Numbered from the stretch's first letter, positions 34,809-43,847 are shown. The stretch is DNA of 64,000 nt from Paludibacteraceae bacterium (GCA_017550335.1 JAFZPM010000003.1:15040-79039); one strand, 5' to 3'. Notes: generated by a model not told the origin, from the sequence alone. Translations and numbers: made by a program.

Positions 34809-37124
34809 ATGGAGAATATACCATCGATACTGGCGGATTTGGCACTGATACTCATATCAGGAGGTGTCATGACCATTCTATTCAAATGGTTGAAGCAACC
34901 GGTCGTATTAGGGTATATCGTGGCCGGCTTTCTTGTCAGCTCGCAGATTTCCTTGACGCCCACCATCTCAGGCACCTCCGACATAGGCACATGGGCGGAC
35001 ATCGGCGTTATCTTCCTGCTCTTCTGCCTCGGTTTGGACTTCAGTTTCAAGAAATTGATCAAGGTGGGTCAGACCGCAGCCATCGCGGCCATCACCATCA
35101 TCACCTTCATGATCCTGCTAGGGTTTCTCGTGGGTGTTTCCCTGGGCTGGGGCATCTTCAACAGCCTGCTCCTTGGTGGTATGATCTCCATGTCATCCAC
35201 CGCCATCATCATCAAAGCGTTCGACGACATGGGGCTGCGCAACCAGTCCTACACCCGCTACGTCTTCGGCATCCTCATCGTGGAGGACCTCATCGCCATC
35301 CTCCTGATGGTGCTCATCTCCACGCTGGCCGTCAGCAAGTCATTCGAGGGGGAAAGCCTCATCATGGCCATCCTGAAGCTGATCTTCTTCCTGGTCGTTT
35401 GGCTGATAGGCGGTATCTATTTCATCCCGATCATCCTACGGAAGGCGAAGAAGGTGCTGAACGACGAGACCTTGCTGGTCTTCTCGCTGGGCTTGTGCTT
35501 CGGCATGGTGCTCTTCGCGAAGACGGTGGGATTCTCCTCCGCATTAGGAGCCTTCGTCATGGGTTCCATCCTGGCGGAGACATTGGATGCGGAAAGGATC
35601 GAGCGGTTGGTGCGTCCCCTGAAGGACACCTTCGGCGCCATCTTCTTCGTGTCGGTCGGCATGATGGTGGACTTCGCCGTCATCACGCAGTACATCGTGC
35701 CGATCATCATCATCACCCTAGCGATCATCTTCGGACAGATCATCTTCGGCACCTGCGGTCTCCTCTTGGCGAACCAGCCCCTGAAGACCGCCATCCAGTC
35801 CGGCTTCTGCCTCACGCAGATCGGTGAGTTCGCCTTCATCATCGCCATGTTGGGTATCAACCTCAAGGTCATCGACCCGTTCATCTACCCCGTCATCGTG
35901 GCGGTGTCGGTCGTCACGATCTTCCTCACGCCTTACATCATGCGGCTTTCGGAGCCGGCCTACAACTTCATATCGAACCACATGCCCGAGTCCTGGGCGA
36001 ACGCCATCGAACGACGCTCCACCTCCGGGAAGTCCGCACATGTGCAGAACGTATGGTACAGCCTGCTGTCGCAGATCATCCGGATCATATTCGTCTACTC
36101 GATGCTGACCATCGCCATCGAACTGCTCTCCATCAAATACTTCATACCGTTCGTCACCAGCAAGATCGAGGGATATTGGGGCGCCATCGTGGGCGCAGGC
36201 ATCACCATCCTGATCATCTCCCCTCTCCTGCGCGCGATGGTGGCAAAGAAAAACCATTCGTTGGAGTATAAATATCTTTGGAAGACAAGCAAATACAACC
36301 ATGCCCCACTGCTAGCCACCATCCTGCTGCGTTTCTTCCTCGCCGCCACATTCGTCTACTTCATACTCCTGAAGACGGCGGAGCTGTTGCACATCAACAC
36401 GGGCTTCCTCTTCATCGCCGCATTCATCGTCTGCGCCACCATCCTCATCATCCTCATGCTGCGGTCCAGACGCATCAAACTATACTCCATCACCCTGGAG
36501 CGCAAGTTCATGCACAACCTCAACTCGAGGGAATACGAGGCACAAAAGAAATCGAGGGAAAAGGAGGTCTTCGGCAAAAAGGAGCTGGCGAAGAGACTCT
36601 CCGCACACGACCTGCATCTGGTCGACTTCGAGGTGCCTCAGTTCTCGAAGGTGATCGGATATACCCTGAGAAGGATGAACTTCCACCAGAAGCACGGCGT
36701 CTATGTGGTCTCCATCATGCGAGGCAAGCAACGCATCAACATCCCTTCGGCGGAGGAGGTCATCTTCCCGTTCGACAAGCTGCTCGTGCTCGGCACCGAC
36801 GAACAACTGAAATCGTTCAACACCGCCCTTAACACCAACAACGAGGAGTGGGTGCGCGACACGAAGAACACCGGCGTCGTCATCGAACAGTTCCAGATCT
36901 CCGAGAAATCCACCTTGGCGGGAAAGACCATCAGCCAGTCCGGCATCAAGGAACACTCCAAGTGCATGGTCGTGGGCATAGAACATGAGGGCGTGACCAC
37001 CATGAATCCATCCCCTAACACCACCATCATGCAGGGCGACTTCATCTGGATCGTGGGCGAGGCCCAAAAGATCCAGGAACTGATGAAAAATTGCGAATCC
37101 ATCTACGTGCTGGACCAGCAGTAA
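34809..37124 (+). CDS. CPA2-family cation:proton antiporter with two C-terminal TrkA-C-like domains
   Basis: 771 aa with 12 or more hydrophobic helices ('LGYIVAGFLVSS', 'LGAFVMGSILAE'). C-terminal soluble repeats 'LVDFEVPQFSKVIGYTLRRMNFHQKHGVYVVSIMRG' and 'EQFQISEKSTLAGKTISQSGIKEHSKCMVVGIEHEG'. Confidence 0.8.
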   Translation: MENIPSILADLALILISGGVMTILFKWLKQPVVLGYIVAGFLVSSQISLTPTISGTSDIGTWADIGVIFLLFCLGLDFSFKKLIKVGQTAAIAAITIITFMILLGFLVGVSLGWGIFNSLLLGGMISMSSTAIIIKAFDDMGLRNQSYTRYVFGILIVEDLIAILLMVLISTLAVSKSFEGESLIMAILKLIFFLVVWLIGGIYFIPIILRKAKKVLNDETLLVFSLGLCFGMVLFAKTVGFSSALGAFVMGSILAETLDAERIERLVRPLKDTFGAIFFVSVGMMVDFAVITQYIVPIIIITLAIIFGQIIFGTCGLLLANQPLKTAIQSGFCLTQIGEFAFIIAMLGINLKVIDPFIYPVIVAVSVVTIFLTPYIMRLSEPAYNFISNHMPESWANAIERRSTSGKSAHVQNVWYSLLSQIIRIIFVYSMLTIAIELLSIKYFIPFVTSKIEGYWGAIVGAGITILIISPLLRAMVAKKNHSLEYKYLWKTSKYNHAPLLATILLRFFLAATFVYFILLKTAELLHINTGFLFIAAFIVCATILIILMLRSRRIKLYSITLERKFMHNLNSREYEAQKKSREKEVFGKKELAKRLSAHDLHLVDFEVPQFSKVIGYTLRRMNFHQKHGVYVVSIMRGKQRINIPSAEEVIFPFDKLLVLGTDEQLKSFNTALNTNNEEWVRDTKNTGVVIEQFQISEKSTLAGKTISQSGIKEHSKCMVVGIEHEGVTTMNPSPNTTIMQGDFIWIVGEAQKIQELMKNCESIYVLDQQ

Positions 37125-37244
37125 AGGTCTTCCAAACCCCTTGAAATATCAACTCTTAACCTCTAATTCTTAACCAAAAAGGGAGGTTATTGCCTCATGT
37201 GTCAATTCTATAATTATAGGGTTGGCATTTTCGTTTTTTATATC

Positions 37245-37252
37245 TAATTTTG
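37245..37252 (+). promoter_or_regulatory. candidate -7 promoter box (TAATTTTG) for the activase-fusion gene
   Basis: Matches TAnnTTTG, 27 nt upstream of ATG 37279. Confidence 0.45.
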
Positions 37253-37278
37253 CAAATATTTTCACGTAAGGTATTTTT

Positions 37279-40200
37279 ATGTTCAAAATAGGACTTGATA
37301 TTGGCTCTACTACGGCAAAGATTGTAGTGCTAAACGAAGCTGGGGAAGTAGTATACTCATCATATAAACGCCACTTGGCTAACGTCAAAGGCGCCATATC
37401 TGCTTTTCTGGAGGAACTGAAAAACACACTATCAACGGAAAAGTTCACACTCTCCATCACAGGATCCGTGGGATTAGGCGTGTCTGAACGATACGACATC
37501 CCCTTCGTCCAGGAGGTGATCGCAGCCACGGAATTCACGAAACAGGTACACCCGGAAATATCCACCATCATCGACATAGGCGGTGAGGACGCTAAGATCG
37601 TATACCTCAAGAACGGACAGGTCTCCGACCTCCGCATGAACGGTAACTGCGCCGGCGGTACGGGTGCGTTCATCGACCAGATGGCGCTTTGCCTGGGCGT
37701 GGAAGTCTCTGAGCTGGACGGACTCGCCAAGAACGCGCAGCACGTCTACCCGATCGCTTCCCGCTGCGGTGTATTCTCCAAGACGGACATTCAAAACCTC
37801 GTGGCGCGCAACGCTTCCAAGGAAGATATCGCCGCCTCCATATTCCGCGCCGTGGCCGTACAGACCGCCAGCGCATTGTCACACGGCTGCGAAGTGCGCC
37901 CTAAAGTGCTCTTCTGCGGCGGTCCGCTCACCTTCATCGGTTCCCTCCGGAAGGCCATCGCGGACTATTTCAGACTCGACATCAACGACGACTGTGTCAT
38001 CCTTGAGAACGCGAACATCATCCCTGCCTGGGGTACCGCTCTCTTCAAGAACGACATGACCCCGATCAACATCGAGGAACTGACGGAGATCCTGAACCGT
38101 GAGCCTGTCCAGAAGAACACGGCTAACCCTAATAAGAACAAGACGAACGTCACCTTGCCTCCTATCTTCCACGACGAGGAGGAATACATGGCTTGGAAGG
38201 CGGAGAAGGAGAAGTCACACATCCCTGTGGTCAACCTCAACGAATGCAAGGGCAAGACCTACTTGGGTATCGACTCCGGCTCCACCACGACGAAGATCGT
38301 CCTCATCAACGAAACTGGTGATATCCTCTATAAATACTACACCCACAACGGAGGTAACCCGATCGGCGCCGTACGCCGCGGACTGGAGAAACTGAAGGCC
38401 CGCTGCGTGGAGGAGAAGCTGGACCTGCACATCACGGCAGGCTGCTCCACCGGTTACGGAGAGGACCTCATCAAGGCTGCCTTCTCGCTTGACTTCGGCA
38501 TGATCGAGACAATGGCCCACTACGTGGCCGCCAAGAACATGTGCCCGGACGTCTCCTTCATCCTCGACATCGGCGGGCAGGACATGAAGGCCATCTACGT
38601 GGAGAACGGCGCACTGACCCGCATGGAGATCAACGAGGCCTGCTCGTCGGGCTGCGGATCCTTCATCGAGACGTTCGCCCAGACACTCAACTGCGAGATC
38701 ACCGACTTCGTCTATCAGGCTTGCCAAAGCCAGAACCCATGCGACCTCGGTACCCGTTGCACCGTCTTCATGAACTCCAAGGTGAAGCAGGTGCTGCGCG
38801 AAGGCTACTCGGTGAGCGACATCGCCGCAGGTCTCGCCTACTCGGTCGTCAAGAACTGCCTCTTCAAGGTGTTGAAAATCAAGAACTACGATGAATTGGG
38901 GAAAAACATCGTCCTCCAAGGCGGTACGATGAAGAACGATTCCATCGTCAAGGCGTTCGAGAACCTCACCGGCAAAAACGTATACTGCAACAACGTGCCG
39001 GAGCTGATGGGCGCCTATGGTTGCGCCCTCTACGCCATGAAGATGCACGACCAGAACAAGAAGGCGACTCCGCTCGACAACTACCTTATGTCGGCGGACT
39101 TCGACTCGAAGGTGCTCTCCTGCAAGGGATGCGACAATAATTGCCAAATCACGAAATATACCTTCAAGAGCGGCGGCACCTACTACTCCGGCAATAAGTG
39201 CGAAAAGATATTCAACAACGGTGGCTACAAGGTGAAGCCGGGCGTCGACATGAGCGCAAGGAAGTACCATGAGCTCTTCGACCGCGCCGAGCAGCCTTCC
39301 AAACTGCTCTCCCCGCTCTTCCGCATGGGTATCCCACGCGCGTTGAACATGTACGAGGAGTTTCCGTTCTGGCATACCTTCTTCACAGAGTGTAACATAC
39401 AAGTGGAGATCTCCTCCACATCCACCTATAGGAACTACGAAAGGGGCGTGCACACCGTCATGTCCGACAACATCTGCTTCCCTGCGAAACTGGTGCACAG
39501 CCACATCTACGAACTGCAGGAGAAAAACGTGGACCGTATCTTCTTCCCGCGCGTCGTCTACGAGTGTGTGGAGGACAACGCCGCCCACAACAGCTTCAAC
39601 TGCCCGATCATCATCGGCTACCCGGACGTGGTGCAGAGCGCCATCGACTCGGAGATACCGATCGACTCGCCTGTCATCTCCTTCAAGGACGAGAAGCTCC
39701 TGCTCAAGCAGCTGATCCGCTACATGAAGGGACTGGGCGTCTCCGAGAAGGTGGTGAAAGCCGCCCACGCCAAGGCGGTGAAGGTCTACAGCGAGTTCGG
39801 ACTGAACCTCCGCAAACTCAACGAGGAGGCGTACGAGAAGGCGAAGAAGGAGGACCGTCTGGTCATCGTACTGGCGGGAAGACCTTACCACACCGACCCA
39901 CTTGTGCAGCATAAAGTCTCTGAGATGATCTCTCAGATGGGCGTGGACGTCATCACGGAGGAGGTCTCAAGAAAGAATAACTGCGACGAAAAGGAGGCCT
40001 TCATCATCAAGCAATGGTCGTTCGTCAACCGTATCCTCAACTCCGCCCAATGGGCGGCAAGGCAGGGAAGGAACGTCCACTACGTGGAGACCACCTCCTT
40101 CGGTTGCGGACCGGACGCCTTCTTCACGGACGAGGTGCGCAGCTTGCTCAACCGATATGGTAAGTCATTGACTTTATTGAAGATAGACGATATCAACAAC

Positions 40201-41514
40201 GTAGGTTCCATGAAGCTCCGCGTGCGCTCCCTCATCGAGAGCCTCAAGTTCGAGGCCAAGGAAGCCACCGAGGTGAAGCCGTTCATCAAGCCAAAACGCT
40301 TCGAGGTGGGCGACAACGAGCGCAGGAAGATCCTCGCGCCATTCTTCACGGAATACCTCTCCCCACTCTTCCCGGCCGCCTTCAAATGGGCTGGCTACGA
40401 CATGGAATCCCTGCCGTTGAGCAACGCGGATTCGAACGATGTGGGACTGAAATACTCCAACAACGAGGTCTGCTACCCAGCCACCCTGATCGTGGGCGAC
40501 CTGATCAAGGCGTTGCAGTCGGGCAAGTATGACCTGGACAAGGTGGCCGTGGCCGTCACCCAATTGGGACAATGCCGCGCCGCCAACTACCCTCCGCTGA
40601 TCCGCAAGGCGATCGTGGACGCCGGCTTCGAGCAGGTGCCTGTCATCGGTATCGGCGGAACGGACAACATCGAGGACCAACCGGGCTTCAAGCTGAACCT
40701 CATCAAGGCGGCTCCGCTCGTCATATACGCCACCATGTACGGAGACTGGCTCTCCATCTTCTACCACGCCATCGCGGTGCGTGAGAGGAACAAGGGCGAG
40801 GCGCGCAAACTGCGTGACCTCTACTTGGAGAAGGCGAAACCATTGGTCGAGAAGGGCGACACGAAGGGTCTGCTGAAGCTGACCGGCGAGGCCGCCCGGG
40901 CCTTCAACGAGGTGCCGATCTACGAAGACCGCGTCTACCCGAAGGCAGGTATCACAGGCGAGATATTCCTGAAATTCAACCCATACGCGCACCGCTACGT
41001 GCCGGATTGGCTGATGGAGCATGGCGTCGAGGTCGTGCCATCCGCCGTGCACAACTTCTTCTTCCGCGCCTTCGTCAACTACAAGTTCAACAAAGAGAAC
41101 TTCGTGAAGCGTTTCAAGGTGCCGCCATTGGTCATCGACATGGCCTACAACCTCATCCGCAAGGTGATGAAGAAGATCGAGGCGGAGGCCTCCCAGTTCA
41201 GGTATTACAAGCCAGAGCAGGACATCAAGACCATCAGCGAATATGCGAAGGATGTGATCAGCCTCTCCGCCCAGTTCGGCGAGGGATGGTTGTTGCCGGC
41301 GGAGGTCATCGCCTTCATGAAGGACGGATGCAACAACGTCGTCAGCATGCAGCCGTTCGGTTGCATCGCCAACCACATCGTGGCGCGCGGCATCGAGAAG
41401 AAACTGAAGAAGGAGTATCCGCAGCTGAACATGCTCTCCCTCGACTTCGACGGAGGCGTCAGCGAGGCGAACATCGCCAACCGCCTGCTGCTCTTCACCA
41501 GCAACATGAAATAG
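37279..41514 (+). CDS. fused double BcrAD/BadFG-type (2-hydroxyacyl-CoA dehydratase activase-like) ATPase plus a dehydratase-like / DUF2229-type C-terminal region
   Basis: Two ASKHA ATPase modules begin 'IGLDIGSTTAKIVV' (aa 4) and 'LGIDSGSTTTKIVL' (aa ~328). Each has the cluster-ligand-like cysteines ('NGNCAGGTG..ASRCGVFSKTD' and 'NEACSSGCGSF..GTRCTVFMNSK'). About 800 aa follow, beginning 'MGIPRALNMYEEFPFWHTFF'. Confidence 0.8.
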   Translation: MFKIGLDIGSTTAKIVVLNEAGEVVYSSYKRHLANVKGAISAFLEELKNTLSTEKFTLSITGSVGLGVSERYDIPFVQEVIAATEFTKQVHPEISTIIDIGGEDAKIVYLKNGQVSDLRMNGNCAGGTGAFIDQMALCLGVEVSELDGLAKNAQHVYPIASRCGVFSKTDIQNLVARNASKEDIAASIFRAVAVQTASALSHGCEVRPKVLFCGGPLTFIGSLRKAIADYFRLDINDDCVILENANIIPAWGTALFKNDMTPINIEELTEILNREPVQKNTANPNKNKTNVTLPPIFHDEEEYMAWKAEKEKSHIPVVNLNECKGKTYLGIDSGSTTTKIVLINETGDILYKYYTHNGGNPIGAVRRGLEKLKARCVEEKLDLHITAGCSTGYGEDLIKAAFSLDFGMIETMAHYVAAKNMCPDVSFILDIGGQDMKAIYVENGALTRMEINEACSSGCGSFIETFAQTLNCEITDFVYQACQSQNPCDLGTRCTVFMNSKVKQVLREGYSVSDIAAGLAYSVVKNCLFKVLKIKNYDELGKNIVLQGGTMKNDSIVKAFENLTGKNVYCNNVPELMGAYGCALYAMKMHDQNKKATPLDNYLMSADFDSKVLSCKGCDNNCQITKYTFKSGGTYYSGNKCEKIFNNGGYKVKPGVDMSARKYHELFDRAEQPSKLLSPLFRMGIPRALNMYEEFPFWHTFFTECNIQVEISSTSTYRNYERGVHTVMSDNICFPAKLVHSHIYELQEKNVDRIFFPRVVYECVEDNAAHNSFNCPIIIGYPDVVQSAIDSEIPIDSPVISFKDEKLLLKQLIRYMKGLGVSEKVVKAAHAKAVKVYSEFGLNLRKLNEEAYEKAKKEDRLVIVLAGRPYHTDPLVQHKVSEMISQMGVDVITEEVSRKNNCDEKEAFIIKQWSFVNRILNSAQWAARQGRNVHYVETTSFGCGPDAFFTDEVRSLLNRYGKSLTLLKIDDINNVGSMKLRVRSLIESLKFEAKEATEVKPFIKPKRFEVGDNERRKILAPFFTEYLSPLFPAAFKWAGYDMESLPLSNADSNDVGLKYSNNEVCYPATLIVGDLIKALQSGKYDLDKVAVAVTQLGQCRAANYPPLIRKAIVDAGFEQVPVIGIGGTDNIEDQPGFKLNLIKAAPLVIYATMYGDWLSIFYHAIAVRERNKGEARKLRDLYLEKAKPLVEKGDTKGLLKLTGEAARAFNEVPIYEDRVYPKAGITGEIFLKFNPYAHRYVPDWLMEHGVEVVPSAVHNFFFRAFVNYKFNKENFVKRFKVPPLVIDMAYNLIRKVMKKIEAEASQFRYYKPEQDIKTISEYAKDVISLSAQFGEGWLLPAEVIAFMKDGCNNVVSMQPFGCIANHIVARGIEKKLKKEYPQLNMLSLDFDGGVSEANIANRLLLFTSNMK

Positions 41515-41565
41515 GCCCCATTCAAACAAAAAGAGAGTTCATGAATAGTGTTAACATTTAATCAT

Positions 41566-42471
41566 ATGAAAAAAACAATCAAACTTCTATTGTTGCCGGT
41601 CTTGATGACCCTTTCCCTCGGCAACGCATTCGCCTCCAACACAGAGGCGGACACCATCCTGGCGACGAAACTGGTTCAAACCCCGAAGGTCAATGCGGAT
41701 TCTGCCATCGTGAATGTTGTGAAAGCGACAAAATTAGATATGAATTCCATCTCGGCCGAAGACATTAATGCGACAGGCCGTGTATACTCACCTTTCATAA
41801 TCGCCACTAAGGTTGAGGTAAAGGAATATACCAAAACAAAAGACCTGGATGTCTTCAAGAATCTCACAATTATGCCAAGCGTCAATGCGACAGGCGAGGA
41901 CGCATCCAACCCTACGTTTTTCATGTACTACGGAGGAAGCACCATGTCTAACTGCTTTAGCATCAAATTCGACAACGACACCGTCAAAAAAGACATAGGA
42001 ATGAAACTTTCCACACAATCATACTCGGGCTTTCACCATATCACCTTCGATGCCTCCGCATACAACTTCAAATTCGAAAACGGCAAGGGAACCGGTACCC
42101 TGAATGTGGATGGCAAGATCGTCTGCAAGGAGGAGATCCGCGTGGCGGAGGTCAACACGGACAAGGTGAACTCCAAGGACATCACCGCCAAGAACATCAA
42201 CGTGGAGTTGGGCAATGCGGCCGACTACGTCTTCGAGGAGGGATATGACCTGAAGTCGCTGGGCGAAGTGGAAGAGTACGTGAAGAGCAACAAACACTTG
42301 CCGGGCGTGCCTTCCGCATCGGAGTTCCAAGACAAGGGCATGAACGTCTCCGAGATGAGCAACCTCCTGCTCGAAAAGGTGGAGGAACTCACCCTACACT
42401 TGATCCGCATGCAGAAAGAGATCGACCAACTGAGGGAGGAGAACAACGCCCTGAAGGCAAAGAACAAATAA
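41566..42471 (+). CDS. secreted mosaic-family protein 1 (variable N-terminal half plus the conserved C-terminal 'NAADYVF..HLPGVPSA..LLEKVEELTLH' coiled-coil module)
   Basis: ATG at 41566 gives the signal peptide MKKTIKLLLLPVLMTLSLGNAFA (the track start at 41548 is GTG). The C-terminal ~125 aa are nearly identical to the ORF at 42537 and homologous to the four minus-strand paralogues. Confidence 0.7.
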   Translation: MKKTIKLLLLPVLMTLSLGNAFASNTEADTILATKLVQTPKVNADSAIVNVVKATKLDMNSISAEDINATGRVYSPFIIATKVEVKEYTKTKDLDVFKNLTIMPSVNATGEDASNPTFFMYYGGSTMSNCFSIKFDNDTVKKDIGMKLSTQSYSGFHHITFDASAYNFKFENGKGTGTLNVDGKIVCKEEIRVAEVNTDKVNSKDITAKNINVELGNAADYVFEEGYDLKSLGEVEEYVKSNKHLPGVPSASEFQDKGMNVSEMSNLLLEKVEELTLHLIRMQKEIDQLREENNALKAKNK

Positions 42472-42536
42472 GACCAAGTGATTCCCCACACAAAGTCATA
42501 TGACCTGAATGTACAAACTTCATTAACAACTATTAT

Positions 42537-43349
42537 ATGAAAAAAATAATCACACACTCCATTACGCTTGTCTTGGCGATCCTTTCCATCGGCAACGCAT
42601 TCGCCTCCAACACAGAGGCGGACACTGTTCTGGCGACGAAATTGATTCAAACCCCATCCCTCAAAACAGATCATCTTGAAACAAGTTCTCTTAATGTGGA
42701 AGATATTGACGCAAACGGGATAGTTACAGCAAACACACTACGGGCATATCAGAAAATCAGTATATGTGGTCCTCTTGGTAATCATACCGAAAGAATCTGT
42801 AATCCAAGTTTCAGAATGCAGCTATGCAACACCAATGGAAGCCCCCAATTCTCGATTAACATGAAGGATGATTCCACAACTCTAATCTCCACGGACACAG
42901 GTTATGGGAATTATTATCCTATCCACTATGAAGCATCCGAATTCAATTTCACGTTCGGAACCGAATACCAGAGCACCAAAAAGAAATCCGGTACCCTGAA
43001 TGTGGATGGCAGGATCGTCTGCAAGGAGGAGATCCGCGTAGCGGAGGTCAACACGGACAAGGTGAATGCCAAGGACATCAACGTGGAGTTGGGCAATGCG
43101 GCCGACTATGTCTTCGAGGAAGGATATGACCTGAAGTCGCTGGGCGAGGTGGAAGAGTACGTGAAGAGCAACAAACACCTGCCGGGCGTGCCTTCCGCAT
43201 CGGAGTTCCAAGACAAGGGCATGAACGTCTCCGAGATGAGCAACCTCCTGCTCGAAAAGGTGGAGGAGCTCACGCTGCACCTGATCCGCATGCAGAAGGA
43301 AATCGACCAACTGAGGGAGGAGAACAACGCATTGAAGAATAAGGAATAA
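42537..43349 (+). CDS. secreted mosaic-family protein 2
   Basis: Signal peptide MKKIITHSITLVLAILSIGNAFA. It shares 'SNTEADT(I/V)LATKL(V/I)QTP' and the whole C-terminal module 'GTLNVDG(K/R)IVCKEEIRVAEVNTDKVN...LREENNALK' with member 1. The central ~130 aa are unrelated. Confidence 0.7.
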   Translation: MKKIITHSITLVLAILSIGNAFASNTEADTVLATKLIQTPSLKTDHLETSSLNVEDIDANGIVTANTLRAYQKISICGPLGNHTERICNPSFRMQLCNTNGSPQFSINMKDDSTTLISTDTGYGNYYPIHYEASEFNFTFGTEYQSTKKKSGTLNVDGRIVCKEEIRVAEVNTDKVNAKDINVELGNAADYVFEEGYDLKSLGEVEEYVKSNKHLPGVPSASEFQDKGMNVSEMSNLLLEKVEELTLHLIRMQKEIDQLREENNALKNKE

Positions 43350-43369
43350 AAGCTAATAGCTAAAACATA

Positions 43370-43412
43370 CGGGGCGGGCGGATCACAAGATAATCCGTCC
43401 GCCCCGATTTTT
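43370..43412 (+). terminator. strong rho-independent terminator after mosaic-family gene 2
   Basis: CGGGGCGGGCGGAT (43370-43383) pairs with ATCCGTCCGCCCCG (43393-43406) with one G-U pair, followed by attttt. Confidence 0.85.
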
Positions 43413-43491
43413 GGGAGGGGGAAGGCGTGCCATTGATTAAATGAATTACGTTGCTGAACGTGCTTACATTCTACATTTTCGTATCCCCCAC

Positions 43492-43538
43492 GGCCTGAAA
43501 GGCCACAACATTATCTAGCCTAGGGCAACGCCCTAGGG
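43492..43538. repeat. double-hairpin intergenic module, copy 1 (GGCC-TGAAA-GGCC ... CCTAGGG-CAACG-CCCTAGG)
   Basis: ggcctgaaaggccacaacattatctagcctagggcaacgccctaggg. A second copy with the same layout is at 43686-43731. Confidence 0.6.
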
Positions 43539-43685
43539 AATTATGAAACGATAGTTCGACGGAGTCAATTATGAGTTGGGGGGACGGACGTCTCTACATG
43601 CTGCGCACAATTAAGCCCCAGCGGGGCGGCATCCCCCAGGCAGGGGTGTAAACCCCTGTATGATGAACGGGTTTTGGGGAGTGGA

Positions 43686-43731
43686 GCTCTGAAAGAGCGT
43701 AACATATATAGCCTAGGGCAACGCCCTATGG
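43686..43731. repeat. double-hairpin intergenic module, copy 2
   Basis: gctctgaaagagcgtaacatatatagcctagggcaacgccctatgg. The 22-nt tagcctagggcaacgccctagg core is shared with copy 1, with one substitution. Confidence 0.6.
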
Positions 43732-43756
43732 TAAATTGGCCCCAGTCCATCCAATT

Positions 43757-43810
43757 GCTTAACCGGTTAAGCATTTTTATATGAAATTTGCTTAATGGAT
43801 TAAGCAAATT
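43757..43810. promoter_or_regulatory. two palindromic operator-like sites (GCTTAA-N4-TTAAGC) upstream of ATPase gene 2
   Basis: GCTTAACCGGTTAAGC (43757-43772) is a perfect 16-bp palindrome. AATTTGCTTAAT-GG-ATTAAGCAAATT (43785-43810) has 12-bp arms and ends 3 nt before the -7 box. Confidence 0.5.
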
Positions 43811-43813
43811 TTG

Positions 43814-43821
43814 TATATTTG
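43814..43821 (+). promoter_or_regulatory. candidate -7 promoter box (TATATTTG) of ATPase gene 2
   Basis: Matches TAnnTTTG, 27 nt upstream of ATG 43848. The context ttttgtatatttgc is identical to the ATPase-1 promoter. Confidence 0.5.
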
Positions 43822-43847
43822 CAGGAAAATTCACAACGACTAATACG

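Noticed and set aside
38215-41529. Very long antisense ORFs (565 aa at 38215-39912 and 451 aa at 40174-41529 on the minus strand). Similar ones lie opposite the sensor kinase (33315-34559), MscS (19498-20556), A2M (several), GH43 (27384-28289) and CstA/GNAT (15800-17017).
   Set aside because: They lie exactly opposite strongly recognisable genes. Their translations are low-complexity and rich in R/H/L/V/G/D, as expected from reading GC3-rich codons backwards, and they contain no recognisable motifs. They are stop-codon-poor shadow frames, not genes.
43565-43834. 89-aa minus-strand ORF across the hairpin-repeat region.
   Set aside because: It is composed entirely of the GC hairpin modules and palindromes upstream of ATPase-2. 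It runs through the ATPase promoter and has no start context. This type of repeat-derived frame is a known source of spurious 'conserved hypothetical proteins'.
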